Shown here in pieces: positions 28,299 to 39,118 of a DNA stretch of 64,000 bases. How positions within the stretch are numbered: the stretch's first letter is position 1; each line of letters begins with the position of its first letter. Source of the stretch: Patescibacteria group bacterium (lineage in GTDB: Bacteria > Patescibacteriota > Patescibacteriia > UBA1558 > GWA2-36-10). Where the stretch lies: positions 83,108-147,107 of the forward strand of contig JBAYIR010000001.1 in assembly GCA_041665505.1 (NCBI GenBank). The letters run 5' to 3'. The translations under genes and the position numbers were made by a program. Below the pieces are notes generated by a model. The model worked only from the letters and a program-made list of their open reading frames with translations, was not told the origin of the DNA and searched no databases.

Positions 28299-30110
28299 TT
28301 ACATTATCTCTGGTGCTTTGATACCAAGTAGAGCTAGACCATCTTTTAAGACATTTTTGGTGAGTTTAGAAATAGCTAGTCTAATTTGTTTGCTTGACTG
28401 GCCTTCGGCATTTAAAACGCTATGTTGTTGGTAAAAATTATTATATGTTTTAGCTAAATCAAATAAATATTGAGAAATCAAAGAAGGGTTTTTATCAATA
28501 GCTGCTTTTTGAATAATATTGGTAAATATTAATAAAGTTTTGACTAATTTTCGTTCTTCTTTATTAAAATTAAAATCTTTTATTTTAGTCAAATTATTTA
28601 TTTTGTCACCTTTTTTTAGCATCGTTGAAATTCTAGCATGGGTATATTGAATAAAAGTACCAGTGTAACCGTCAAAAGAGATGGACTGAGCTGGTTTGAA
28701 AACTATATTTTTTTGTGGATTGGTAGCTAGCATAAAAAATTTAAGAGCTCCTAAACCCACAATTTTTGAGATATCTTCTTTTTGCTCTTCAGAACTATCA
28801 ACTTTTTTCTCGGCTTTACTCATAATTTCTTTGGCCGAATTTATCATCGTTGTTATCAGCTCATCAGCGTCAGCTGTCTTGCCTTCACGGGATTTTATTT
28901 TGCCACCAGGTAAAGAAACCATGCCGTATGATAGGTGATATAAATTTTTGGCCCAGTCAAAGCCTAATTTTTGTAAAGTCAAAAATAATACTTTAAAGTG
29001 ATATTCTTGTTCATTGGCTACCACATAGATAGCTTGGTCAAATTTGAATTTTTTGTATCTACTTTCAGCTGTGCCCAAATCTTGAGTAATATAAACTGAT
29101 GTGCCATCAGAGCGCAAGACTATTTTTTGATCCAAACCATCACTAGTCAAGTCTATCCAAATAGAGCCATCATCTTTTTGAAAAAATACTTTTTGTTTTA
29201 GACCTTTGGTTATTATATCTTTGCCTAGTAGATAATTTTCAGATTCAAAATCCAAATGGTCAAATTCAATGCCTAAATCATGATAAGTTTTGTCATAACC
29301 AATATAAACCCAATCATTCATAGTCTTCCAGAGCTGATATACTTGAGGATCGTTGTTCTCCCAAGCCAATAACATGGCTCTAGCTTTTTTCATCCAACTG
29401 GAGTGATCTAAAAATTTTTCTTCAGTTTTTTTGCGTTCTAAATTATCCAATTTATCTAAGTCAATATTATTTTTAGCATAATATTTTTCGGCTTCCTCTT
29501 TGAGTAATTGACCAAACTTTACATAATATTTACCGACCAAATGGTCTCCTTTAATACCAGATGATTGGGGAGTTTCACCATTACCAAATTCTTGCCAGGC
29601 CAGCATACTTTTTACAATATGAATGCCGCGGTCATTGATAATATTGACAGCCGTAGTTTTGTAGCCAGCGGCTCTAAAGATATTGACTAGCGCTTGGCCG
29701 ATACAATCATTACGGACATGACCGACATGTTGAGGTTTGTTGGTGTTTGGTCCAGAAAATTCGATTAGTATTTTTTTATTTTGTCCGTATTTGCTTTGAC
29801 CAAATTTTTTGTTTTTAGCTATTTGGTCAATAGATTCTTTGATAAAATCATTACTGACAAAAATATTGAGATAAGGGCCAATATTTTTTACTTGAGTTAT
29901 AGCTGCTCCAATTTGATATTTATCAGCTAGTTCTTTGGCAATGGTGACTGGATTTTGACCTAATTTTTCGGCTAAGTCAAAACAGGGGAAAGCATAATCT
30001 CCTAATTCTTCTTGTGGGGGATAGTCTAAATCAAAATCATCTATTTTTTGCTGATAGATAGCTTTTAAATTAATCCTAATGTCTTGTTTGATTTTAGCAA
30101 TAGCGTCCAT
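28299..30110 (-). CDS. argS: Arginine--tRNA ligase
   Basis: EFSGPNTNKPQHVGHVRN, RSDGTSVYITQD, KIKSREG, QYTHARI. Confidence 0.97.
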   Translation of the reverse strand: MDAIAKIKQDIRINLKAIYQQKIDDFDLDYPPQEELGDYAFPCFDLAEKLGQNPVTIAKELADKYQIGAAITQVKNIGPYLNIFVSNDFIKESIDQIAKNKKFGQSKYGQNKKILIEFSGPNTNKPQHVGHVRNDCIGQALVNIFRAAGYKTTAVNIINDRGIHIVKSMLAWQEFGNGETPQSSGIKGDHLVGKYYVKFGQLLKEEAEKYYAKNNIDLDKLDNLERKKTEEKFLDHSSWMKKARAMLLAWENNDPQVYQLWKTMNDWVYIGYDKTYHDLGIEFDHLDFESENYLLGKDIITKGLKQKVFFQKDDGSIWIDLTSDGLDQKIVLRSDGTSVYITQDLGTAESRYKKFKFDQAIYVVANEQEYHFKVLFLTLQKLGFDWAKNLYHLSYGMVSLPGGKIKSREGKTADADELITTMINSAKEIMSKAEKKVDSSEEQKEDISKIVGLGALKFFMLATNPQKNIVFKPAQSISFDGYTGTFIQYTHARISTMLKKGDKINNLTKIKDFNFNKEERKLVKTLLIFTNIIQKAAIDKNPSLISQYLFDLAKTYNNFYQQHSVLNAEGQSSKQIRLAISKLTKNVLKDGLALLGIKAPEIM

Positions 30111-30239
30111 TTATTTGGGGATTTTTATTATATAAAATAATTATAACAAAATTTGAATTTATTTAATAGGGTAAATTTTACTCTGATAGCAATAAAATTC
30201 CAGCTTAGATTTTTGGATTTTTTATGTTATAATATAGAC

Positions 30240-32906
30240 ATGTCAAAAAATGATATTACTTGGCACAATTTGAATTCAGCCAAAGTTTTTAAGTTATTAA
30301 ATTCTTCTCCTAAAGGCCTTAATCATTCTGAAGCAAAAAAGAGTTTGGATAAGATTGGATTTAATACTTTGGCTTCGGCTGATAAATTTTCGGTGGCGAC
30401 TTTATTTTTTTCTCAATTTAAGAGTGCTTTAGTTTATGTACTGGTTATTGCTGGTATAATATCAATTATTTTTGGTGAATATATAGATGCTTATGTTATT
30501 TTTGCGGCGGTCATGATAAATGTAGTGGTTGGTTTTGTTCAAGAATTTAAAGCCAATAAATCTCTAGAAAAATTAAATAAAATTGTTAAAAAAGAAATTT
30601 TGGTACTAAGAGATGGCCAGAAAAATAAAATAGAAGCTAAATATTTGGTACCAGGTGATATCATCATACTGGAGTCAGGTAATAGAATACCAGCTGATGC
30701 CAGACTGATTGAAATTAATGATTTTGAAGTAAATGAAGCTACTTTGACTGGAGAATCTTGGCCAGTCAAAAAAAGTTTAGAGATTTTGGATGTGGGGACA
30801 GTTCTAGCAGAAAGAAATAATATGGTTTTTATGGGTACTTTGGTAGTGGAAGGTAGAGCTCAGGCAATGGTGGTCAGTACCGGTTTTGCTACTGAGATGG
30901 GTAAAATCACAGTAATGCTCAAAGAGACTAAAGAGGAAAAAACGCCATTACAGCAAAAATTAGATGATTTTGCCAAGAGTATTACTAAAATAATTGTGTT
31001 TATTTCCTTGTTGTTATTTATTTTTGGTTTACTAAAAGGTTATTCTTGGGTGGAGATGTTTACTTTGGCTGTAGCCGTGACTGTTTCAGCTATTCCAGAG
31101 GGGCTGGTGATTAGTATGACGATGATACTGACAGTCGGTATGCAGAGAATTCTAAAACACAAAGGCTTGGTTAGACGTTTGGTATCAGCTGAAACGCTTG
31201 GTTCAACTACGGTAATTTGTACAGATAAAACCGGCACTTTGACAGAGGGGGAAATGAGAGTGACAAGTGTCGTAACTAATAAAATTCAATTTGATTTATC
31301 AGCTGGATCTTTGAGGGATTTGGAGTCTAATAATGAATTAAAATATATTATCCAAATTGCCTTTTTTTGTAATGATGCCATAGTACAAAATCCTAACGCT
31401 TCTGGTGAGGATTGGGTAGTAATAGGTTCTCCTACTGAAAAAGCTTTGATGATATTTGGTGCCAATAACCCAAATATTTCTGAGGAGCAAAAGAAGATGA
31501 AACGTTTGGGAGAAATTCCTTTTGATCATCAAAGGAAATTTATGATGACTAGATATCATCATAATAGTGAATATGATATTGTTTTTATCAAAGGCGCGCC
31601 GGAGAGAGTTTTGTCTTATGCCAGTCAGTATTTGCATGATGATAAAGCTGTCAAAATGTCTAACACCAAGGAAGTTTATTTTGATACTCAATGGCAAGCA
31701 CTTAGCAAACAAGGTTTGAGAGTTTTAGCTGGCGCTTATAAATTAGTACCAAAAAATTATAATCTAGATGATTTAAAAGACAGTCCTCGAGATTTTGTTT
31801 TTGTTGGTATTTGGGGCTTGTCTGATCCGCTCCGCAAAGAGGCTAAAAGAAGTTTACAAGATACTTTGAGTGCTGGTATTAATACAGTAATTATTACTGG
31901 GGATAATAAATTTACTGCTAGAAGTATTGCCAAAGATTTGGGTCTAAGTTTTGAAGATGACAGTGTAATAACTGGTGATGAACTATTAAAAATGACTGAC
32001 GAAGAGTTAAATAAAAGAGTCAGAAATATAAAAGTCTATGCTCGGGTCAGCCCTAGTGATAAGTTGCGTATTATCAAGGCTTGGCAAAGTAAAGGCGAAA
32101 TAGTGTCAATGACTGGTGACGGAGTAAATGATGCTCCAGCCCTTAAAGCCGCTGATATTGGTGTGGCAGTGTCTAGTGGTTCGGATGTGGCCAAAGAAAC
32201 AGCTGACTTGGTTCTATTGGATAATAATTTTGAAACTATAGTCATGGCCATTAAAGAGGGGCGAGTAATTTTTGATAATTTACGCAAAGTGATATTATAT
32301 CTTTTATCCAATGGTCTATCTGAAGTGATTATTTTGGTTGGAGGCATGGTATTACAATTGCCATTGCCTTTATTGGCTGCTCAGATTTTATGGGTCAATT
32401 TGATTAGTGATGGTTTTCCAGCTTTGTCTTTGACTATGGAGCCAGAAGATGAAGATATTATGAATAGAAAACCTAGAAAACAAAATTCTTTGCTAGATTT
32501 TAAGGGTAAATTTTTGATTATTTTGATTAGTTTAGTGACTGGTTTTTCTAATTTATGGCTCTTCTGTTATGTCTATAAAAGCACAGGTGATGAAGAATTA
32601 GCTAGGACAGTGACTTTTACCGCTTTAGGTTTAAATACTTTATTCTACGTCTTTAGTATTAAAAATTTGGAGAAAAATATTTTAAACTCCAAGCCCTTTA
32701 AAAATAAATATTTGAATGGGGCGGTCTTGGTAGGTATTATAGTTCAAGTTTTAGCTATTTATTTACCAGTGTTAAATAAATTTCTTCATACAGTTCCTCT
32801 AGGTATTAAAGAATGGCAGTTGGTGCTAGCAGCAGTAGTCGGTGTGGTAGTGCTTATTGAAATAGTTAAGATGATATTTATTTATTTTCAGAGAAGAAAA
32901 AAATAA
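30240..32906 (+). CDS. P-type cation (Ca2+-like, type II) ATPase
   Basis: TGES, IPEGL, DKTGTLT, KGAPE, TGD, GDGVNDAPAL; likely ATG at 30240. Confidence 0.93.
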   Translation: MSKNDITWHNLNSAKVFKLLNSSPKGLNHSEAKKSLDKIGFNTLASADKFSVATLFFSQFKSALVYVLVIAGIISIIFGEYIDAYVIFAAVMINVVVGFVQEFKANKSLEKLNKIVKKEILVLRDGQKNKIEAKYLVPGDIIILESGNRIPADARLIEINDFEVNEATLTGESWPVKKSLEILDVGTVLAERNNMVFMGTLVVEGRAQAMVVSTGFATEMGKITVMLKETKEEKTPLQQKLDDFAKSITKIIVFISLLLFIFGLLKGYSWVEMFTLAVAVTVSAIPEGLVISMTMILTVGMQRILKHKGLVRRLVSAETLGSTTVICTDKTGTLTEGEMRVTSVVTNKIQFDLSAGSLRDLESNNELKYIIQIAFFCNDAIVQNPNASGEDWVVIGSPTEKALMIFGANNPNISEEQKKMKRLGEIPFDHQRKFMMTRYHHNSEYDIVFIKGAPERVLSYASQYLHDDKAVKMSNTKEVYFDTQWQALSKQGLRVLAGAYKLVPKNYNLDDLKDSPRDFVFVGIWGLSDPLRKEAKRSLQDTLSAGINTVIITGDNKFTARSIAKDLGLSFEDDSVITGDELLKMTDEELNKRVRNIKVYARVSPSDKLRIIKAWQSKGEIVSMTGDGVNDAPALKAADIGVAVSSGSDVAKETADLVLLDNNFETIVMAIKEGRVIFDNLRKVILYLLSNGLSEVIILVGGMVLQLPLPLLAAQILWVNLISDGFPALSLTMEPEDEDIMNRKPRKQNSLLDFKGKFLIILISLVTGFSNLWLFCYVYKSTGDEELARTVTFTALGLNTLFYVFSIKNLEKNILNSKPFKNKYLNGAVLVGIIVQVLAIYLPVLNKFLHTVPLGIKEWQLVLAAVVGVVVLIEIVKMIFIYFQRRKK

Positions 32907-32907
32907 C

Positions 32908-33663
32908 ATGGAAAGTTTATTTATAAAAAATAGAAAAGGTCAAAATATTTCAGTTGATTTGAGCAGAAGTGCTAATCAAAAAGCTTTGGCTTTTGTCATG
33001 CCTGGTTTAGGAAATATAAAAGAAGAAATTCACATTCAAACTTTTGTAGAAAGTTTTTTGACTAAGGATTTTACAGTTGTGACTTTTGATGTGACAAATG
33101 GCGTAGGCCAGAGCGATGGTGATTATAGTCAAGCTACTTTCACTGGTTATTATAATGATTTAGTTGATGTTATAACTTGGGCCAAGTCACAAGATTGGTA
33201 TCAGGAGCCTTTTGTTTTGCTAGGACATAGTATGGGTGGCGGTTGTATTTTACGTTACGCCGCTGATCAGCCAAAAAAAGTATTTGGCTTAGCACCAATT
33301 TCTACTGTGATTGGTGGTCATCAGACTTTGGCCAAATTTGGTCGAGATGACTTACCAGCTACTAAGATAGAAAAAGGGAAAAAAATAATTAAAAAAATAG
33401 ACTGGGAGCCATTTGAAAAAGATATCTTACAATATGATATAGTGCCAGAAGCTCACAAGTTTGTGATGCCGGTTTTGATGATGGTAGGAGAAAATGATAG
33501 AGGCACGCCTTTGGAAGACCAAATTAAACTTTATGAAGGTCTGCCTGGTGATAAAGAAATTCATGTTATAAAAAATGCCCCACACACTTTTGTAGAGGCC
33601 AAGCATTTAGCAGAAATAAAAGAAATTTTTCATAATTGGATAGATACTAAGATATTAAAATAA
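32908..33663 (+). CDS. Alpha/beta hydrolase
   Basis: GHSMGG nucleophile elbow; GEND; APHTF. Confidence 0.88.
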   Translation: MESLFIKNRKGQNISVDLSRSANQKALAFVMPGLGNIKEEIHIQTFVESFLTKDFTVVTFDVTNGVGQSDGDYSQATFTGYYNDLVDVITWAKSQDWYQEPFVLLGHSMGGGCILRYAADQPKKVFGLAPISTVIGGHQTLAKFGRDDLPATKIEKGKKIIKKIDWEPFEKDILQYDIVPEAHKFVMPVLMMVGENDRGTPLEDQIKLYEGLPGDKEIHVIKNAPHTFVEAKHLAEIKEIFHNWIDTKILK

Positions 33664-33890
33664 TAATTATATTTTTATAGCTCTCAATATACAGTGAGGG
33701 CTATTTTTGTTTTGTTTATTTTTTTAAGATAAATATATTTGATTCAGCCATTCGCGAAGGGCTGGATTGACAAAATGGGGTTTTTGTGTTAAAAATTATA
33801 GTTATTCGCGATTCATAGGCTTTGGGCTTATGGGTCACTGTTCCCCAGGCAAGTTGAAGCACCCCGAACCGAACATGGAGGTTTTAAGTC

Positions 33891-34613
33891 ATGACTCGCA
33901 AGCCCGTGATTCAAACAGCTCTCGAAAGCCTTGACCGTCAGATTGATGACAGAGTGGTCATCGACATTGACGGCGATGTGGATGAGGCCCAGCACATGCT
34001 TTACGCGTTTCGCACTTCGGTGGAAGAGGTGATCTTCGAAGGAGACAACACCGAAGAGTGTCGTCGGCAGTGCCTGGCCAACCTGACCAAGGTCGGCTAC
34101 CTGGAAGAGGCCATCAAGGAGTTGATGACTTTCTCCAAGCGGAGTCGGCGAGCGGTTCGTCGGTGGCTCTATGGGGAAGTTGTTCCTCAGCGAGTTGATT
34201 GGCTGCGGTGGCAGTACTGGCTTCGCGCCAAGGGGTACTACACGCGCGAGCTTGACCACATGCCCAACAGCTTCTTCCAGTTGCGCAAGCACATCCTCTG
34301 TGGCGATATCAGCTTCGCGGTTGCCGCCAAGGAGCTTGGTTGCACTCAGAAGGTTCTTCGGGGCATTCTGAACAATGAGGTGGACAGAGCTGTGATCATC
34401 AGTATCATCGGCAATGTCCACCATCTGGTGGCCAAGATCAACCGGCAGATCAGCCATCGGGAGATTGTCGGTTACATGGAGGTCTATTTGGATTCCGACG
34501 GCGAGTTTGCCGAAGTGAATCGGCGCTACAACCTGGACAACCAGAAGCGTCGTCGTAAGGTGGCTCACAAAGCTGCCAAGGCTCGCCGCAAGGCCAGGTC
34601 TTCCAAGAGCTAG
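33891..34613 (+). CDS. Orphan protein with two HTH-like segments and a basic tail (GC-rich cassette 6)
   Basis: GGAGG SD; TTGACA at 33767; SRRAVRRWLYGEVVP and AAKELGCTQKVLRGILN; tail KRRRKVAHKAAKARRKARSSKS. Confidence 0.78.
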   Translation: MTRKPVIQTALESLDRQIDDRVVIDIDGDVDEAQHMLYAFRTSVEEVIFEGDNTEECRRQCLANLTKVGYLEEAIKELMTFSKRSRRAVRRWLYGEVVPQRVDWLRWQYWLRAKGYYTRELDHMPNSFFQLRKHILCGDISFAVAAKELGCTQKVLRGILNNEVDRAVIISIIGNVHHLVAKINRQISHREIVGYMEVYLDSDGEFAEVNRRYNLDNQKRRRKVAHKAAKARRKARSSKS

Positions 34614-34635
34614 GCCACCACGGCCAGCGGCTAGA

Positions 34636-34671
34636 TTTACCCCGGACTGCGTCCAAGCAGCCCGGGGTAAA
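34636..34671. terminator. GC-rich hairpin closing cassette 6
   Basis: tttaccccggactgc-gtccaa-gcagcccggggtaaa. Confidence 0.7.
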
Positions 34672-34760
34672 AAATTGTAAAAATTAAGGCAAAATTAGCC
34701 AGAATTATTAAGTTATGATATTATATATCAACAAATACACCTTAAATCAGGCTTTAGATT

Positions 34761-37118
34761 ATGAAGTATAATTTTCAAGACAGAGAAAAATATTGGAGAG
34801 AATTTTGGGATAATAAAGAAATTTATAAATTTGACTCAAGCAGTCAAAAGCCTTTTTATTTGGTAGATACTCCGCCACCTTATGTTTCGGCTGATCATCT
34901 CCATGTTGGACATATCATGAGCTATTCTCAAGCGGAATTTATAGTGCGCTACAAAAGAATGCGTGGCTATGAAGTTTTTTATCCAATGGGTTTTGATGAC
35001 AATGGTTTACCAACTGAAAGATTTGTAGAGAAAAAATATAAAATAAATAAAAATGAAATCAGCCGAAGTGATTTTATAAAAAAATGTCTGGAAGAAACAA
35101 AGATTGGCTCGCAGACTTATAAAAATCTGTGGCAGGAAATGGGTATTTCTATTGATTGGTCCAAAACTTATAGCACCATCAATGAACATAGCCAAAGAGT
35201 ATCACAGTGGTCATTTATTGATTTGTATAAAAAGGGAAAGATGACCAGAAAAGATGAGCCTTCTTATTGGTGTACAACTTGTCAGACAGCGGTAGCTCAA
35301 GCCGATTTGGAAGACAAAGAAGAGGATAGCTTTTTAAATTATATTAATTTTAAATCAGCCGATTCTGATAAAAATTATTTGATATCTACATCTCGACCAG
35401 AATTACTAGCAGCTTGCGTAGCACTCTTTGTCAATCCAGAAGATAAGAGATATCAAGATGTTATTGGTAGAAAAGCTATAGTACCTATATTTGATTATGA
35501 AGTACCAATTTTAAGTGACGAAGATGTAGATATTGATTTTGGTACTGGTATGATGATGGTTTGTACTTGGGGAGATGGCGAAGATGTCAAAAAATCCAAA
35601 AAACATAATCTAGAAATTAGATCAATTTTACAAAAAAATGGCCGTTTGAATGAACTAGCTGGTGAATTTGCTAATTATAAAATTAAAGAGGCCCGTCAAG
35701 AAATTATTGAAAAATTAAAAGCCAGTGGGCATTTGCAAAAACAAGAAAGTATTAATCATGTTTTAAATGTTCATGAGAGATGTTCTACACCAGTAGAGTT
35801 GATAAAAGCTAAACAGTGGTTTATTAATGTTTTAGAGTCTAAAGAAGAGCTCATCAAACAAGCGGATAAAATGAATTGGTATCCAGAGTTTATGAAGCAG
35901 CGGTATATTGACTGGGTGCAAGCTTTAAAATGGGACTGGTGTATTTCTAGACAGAGATACTATGGTGTGCCTTTTCCAATTTGGTATTGTCAAAAATGTG
36001 GAGAAGTGATTTTGCCCAAAGAAGAATCTTTGCCAGTTGATCCGATAAATTCACAGCCAGATATCAGTAGCTGTCCCAAATGTGGTGCTCATGATTTTGT
36101 GCCAGAAAACGATGTCATGGACACTTGGATGACTTCTTCTTGCACTCCGATTATCATTTCCAAATTGTTTGCTGATAAAAAAATTCAAGACAAATTGTAT
36201 CCTAGCAGTCTTAGACCGCAAGCTTTTGAGATTATTCGGACTTGGTTGTTTTATACGGTAGTCAAATCTTTTTATCATTTTAATGATGTGCCTTTCAAAG
36301 ATATTATGATTTCTGGTCATGGTTTGGATGATAGCGGACAAAAAATTTCCAAGCGTTTGGGAAATTTTGTACCACCAGAAAAAATTATAGAACGTTATGG
36401 AGCTGATTCTCTAAGATATTGGGCTACCGGGGCCAATTTGGGAGAAAATTTGAGATACAATGAAGATGAAGTAAAAAAAGGCAATCGGACCATCACCAAA
36501 TTACACAATGCTTCAGAGTTTTGTTTTAGCCATTTCAAAGGAGAGGATTATTCTCAGATTAAAATAGAAAATTTAGAGCCAGCCGATAAATGGATTTTGC
36601 ATTATTTGAATGAGACATTAACTAAAGTTACAGAGCATTTTGATGCTTATCAATATGCCAAAGCTAAAGGGGAGATAGACAATTTTTTCTGGGCTTATTT
36701 TTGTGATAATTATTTGGAATTTATCAAACATAGACTCTACAGAGAAGAGTCAGATCAAGTAGCTAAAAGTGTTTTATATCAGGTCATGCTGGGTATTATA
36801 AAAATGTATGCTCCAATCATGCCTTATATTACTGAAGAAATTTATCATTCATATTTTGATAAATTTGAAAAAGATATTAGTATTCACTTATCTAAATGGC
36901 CAGAAGTGATTAAAAAGCTTAATTTTTCACAGGCTGAATTGGATGAATTTAGCCAGGCCGTTGAGCTGATTAAGGAAATTAGAAAATTTAAATCAGCCAA
37001 TCAATTTTCTTTGGCAGTAGAATTGGATGATTTTCAAAGTCCAATCGCGATTTCAGAAAAGCATAGGGAATTTGTCTCTTTAGTTGGCCGAGTAAAGAAT
37101 ATAATAATTAAAAGCTAG
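34761..37118 (+). CDS. valS: Valine--tRNA ligase (short, type 2/archaeal-like)
   Basis: DTPPPY, HVGH, GFDDNGLPTE, DWCISRQR, DTWMTSS, KISKR. Confidence 0.93.
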   Translation: MKYNFQDREKYWREFWDNKEIYKFDSSSQKPFYLVDTPPPYVSADHLHVGHIMSYSQAEFIVRYKRMRGYEVFYPMGFDDNGLPTERFVEKKYKINKNEISRSDFIKKCLEETKIGSQTYKNLWQEMGISIDWSKTYSTINEHSQRVSQWSFIDLYKKGKMTRKDEPSYWCTTCQTAVAQADLEDKEEDSFLNYINFKSADSDKNYLISTSRPELLAACVALFVNPEDKRYQDVIGRKAIVPIFDYEVPILSDEDVDIDFGTGMMMVCTWGDGEDVKKSKKHNLEIRSILQKNGRLNELAGEFANYKIKEARQEIIEKLKASGHLQKQESINHVLNVHERCSTPVELIKAKQWFINVLESKEELIKQADKMNWYPEFMKQRYIDWVQALKWDWCISRQRYYGVPFPIWYCQKCGEVILPKEESLPVDPINSQPDISSCPKCGAHDFVPENDVMDTWMTSSCTPIIISKLFADKKIQDKLYPSSLRPQAFEIIRTWLFYTVVKSFYHFNDVPFKDIMISGHGLDDSGQKISKRLGNFVPPEKIIERYGADSLRYWATGANLGENLRYNEDEVKKGNRTITKLHNASEFCFSHFKGEDYSQIKIENLEPADKWILHYLNETLTKVTEHFDAYQYAKAKGEIDNFFWAYFCDNYLEFIKHRLYREESDQVAKSVLYQVMLGIIKMYAPIMPYITEEIYHSYFDKFEKDISIHLSKWPEVIKKLNFSQAELDEFSQAVELIKEIRKFKSANQFSLAVELDDFQSPIAISEKHREFVSLVGRVKNIIIKS

Positions 37119-37176
37119 AATTACCAGGCTCCGTTTCATGTCTAATTTAATATAAATATATTATAATTAAAAATTC

Positions 37177-38937
37177 ATGGAGTATTTAACTAAACAAACA
37201 TTTAAAATCTTTTGGAGGCACTTGCTAAAATACAAATGGCAGGCCTTATTTATTTTACTCTCGGTGATTATTGCTTCTATTGGCAATATTATTGCGCCAT
37301 TTTTTTATAAAGATTTTTTTAATATTTTGACTAGTGGTGGTGAGAGTATTGATAAAGTAGCTACACTCAAAATTATTTTGATGAAAGTATTGGCTGTTTA
37401 TTTGGTCTCTTGGGTTTTTTGGAGAATTTCTACTTTTTTGACAGCCTATTTTCAGACACACGCTATGGCTGATATATCAAATTCTTCTTTCGCCTATTTA
37501 CATAAACATTCTATTTCTTTTTTTAATAATAATTTTGTTGGCTCATTGGTAAAAAAAGTAAATAGATTTTCCAGAGCTTTTGAAGTTATCACTGATTTAT
37601 TATTTTGGGATTTTTTACCAATTTTTGTTAATGTATTTTTAATTATCATAGTTTTGGGTAAAAAAAATTTATGGTTAGGAGTGGGTATTTTGCTTTGGAC
37701 CATAGTCTACATGTTAATAAATTATTATTTTTCTTTATATAAATTAAAATATGATGTTCAAAGAGCTAGCTTAAATTCTAAAGTAACTGGAGTGTTGGCT
37801 GACACTATTACCAATCATCTCAATGTCAAATTATTTTCAGGCTACACTAGAGAAAGAAATCGTTTTAAACAAGTGAATGATCAATTTAGAAAGTTACATC
37901 AATTTACTTGGAATTTGGCTAATTATTTTGAAGCTGGTCAAACACTACTGATGATGCTTTTGGAAATTGGAGTGATGTATTATGGTATTTCCCTTTGGCA
38001 AAAAGGAATCATCAGCGTGGGAGATTTTGTTTTGATTCAAACTTACCTTATCAATATTATGATGAGGCTTTGGAATTTTGGCCGCATTATTAGGAAATAT
38101 TATGAAGCTATGGCTGAAGCAGAAGAAATGACTGAAATTTTAGAAATTCCTCATGAAATTCAAGATGTTAAAAATGCTAAAATTTTGAAAGTAAGCAATG
38201 GCCAAATAGAATTTAAAGAAGTAGATTTTTCTTATCATAAGACTAGACAAATTATTTCTAATCTTAATTTAAATATCAAAGCTAAAGAGAAAATAGCTGT
38301 CATTGGACCCTCTGGTAGCGGTAAATCAACCTTGGTCAGTTTGTTACTTAGAAATTATGACATTGATAAGGGTAAAATAATGATAGATAATCAAAAAATA
38401 ATCAGTGTGACACAAGATTCTCTCTGGCAAAATATATCTTTGGTTAATCAAGATCCAATTTTATTTCATCGGACCTTAAAAGAAAATATTTCTTATGGTA
38501 AGCCAAAAGCTAGTGATGCGGAGATTAAAAAAGCAGCCAAACTAGCTCACGCTGACGATTTTATAACAAATTTTCCTGAGAAATATGAAACTTATGTTGG
38601 AGAAAGAGGAGTAAAACTCTCTGGTGGTGAAAGACAGCGTGTGGCTATGGCTCGAGCCATACTCAAAAATGCGCCGATTTTGGTATTAGATGAAGCTACT
38701 TCTTCTCTGGATTCGCAGTCAGAAGAGCTGATTCAAGAAGCTTTGGCTAATCTAATGAAAAATAAAACAGTTATAGTAATTGCTCACAGGTTGTCTACTA
38801 TCATGAGAATGGATAGGATAATAGTCTTTGATCAAGGGAAAATAGTAGAACAGGGCACACATCAGGAATTGATAAACAAAACTGGTGGCTTGTACAAAAA
38901 ACTTTGGGAAAAACAAGTTGGTGGATTTATTGCTTAA
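37177..38937 (+). CDS. ABC exporter, fused permease and ATPase
   Basis: Six TM; GPSGSGKST, LSGGERQR, LDEATS. Confidence 0.95.
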   Translation: MEYLTKQTFKIFWRHLLKYKWQALFILLSVIIASIGNIIAPFFYKDFFNILTSGGESIDKVATLKIILMKVLAVYLVSWVFWRISTFLTAYFQTHAMADISNSSFAYLHKHSISFFNNNFVGSLVKKVNRFSRAFEVITDLLFWDFLPIFVNVFLIIIVLGKKNLWLGVGILLWTIVYMLINYYFSLYKLKYDVQRASLNSKVTGVLADTITNHLNVKLFSGYTRERNRFKQVNDQFRKLHQFTWNLANYFEAGQTLLMMLLEIGVMYYGISLWQKGIISVGDFVLIQTYLINIMMRLWNFGRIIRKYYEAMAEAEEMTEILEIPHEIQDVKNAKILKVSNGQIEFKEVDFSYHKTRQIISNLNLNIKAKEKIAVIGPSGSGKSTLVSLLLRNYDIDKGKIMIDNQKIISVTQDSLWQNISLVNQDPILFHRTLKENISYGKPKASDAEIKKAAKLAHADDFITNFPEKYETYVGERGVKLSGGERQRVAMARAILKNAPILVLDEATSSLDSQSEELIQEALANLMKNKTVIVIAHRLSTIMRMDRIIVFDQGKIVEQGTHQELINKTGGLYKKLWEKQVGGFIA

Positions 38938-38944
38938 TATTTTT

Positions 38945-38969
38945 GGCCGCCGCGTCTGACGCGGCGGTT
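38945..38969 (+). terminator. GC-rich hairpin of the cassette family after a backbone gene
   Basis: ggccgccgcgtc-t-gacgcggcggtt followed by a T tract. Confidence 0.8.
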
Positions 38970-39118
38970 TTTGTTTATAGGCATTTTTGTAAAAATATTG
39001 TATAATAAACATATTCCTTTAGGTGTTAATAAATTTATATATAAAAACTAAAAAAATTTTTCCGTTGTAATACAGCAGCGTGATTTTTTGTATATAATAT
39101 TAGAGAATATTTAAGGGA

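Noticed and set aside
33828-34568. 246-aa minus-strand ORF
   Set aside because: Antisense shadow of 33891-34613
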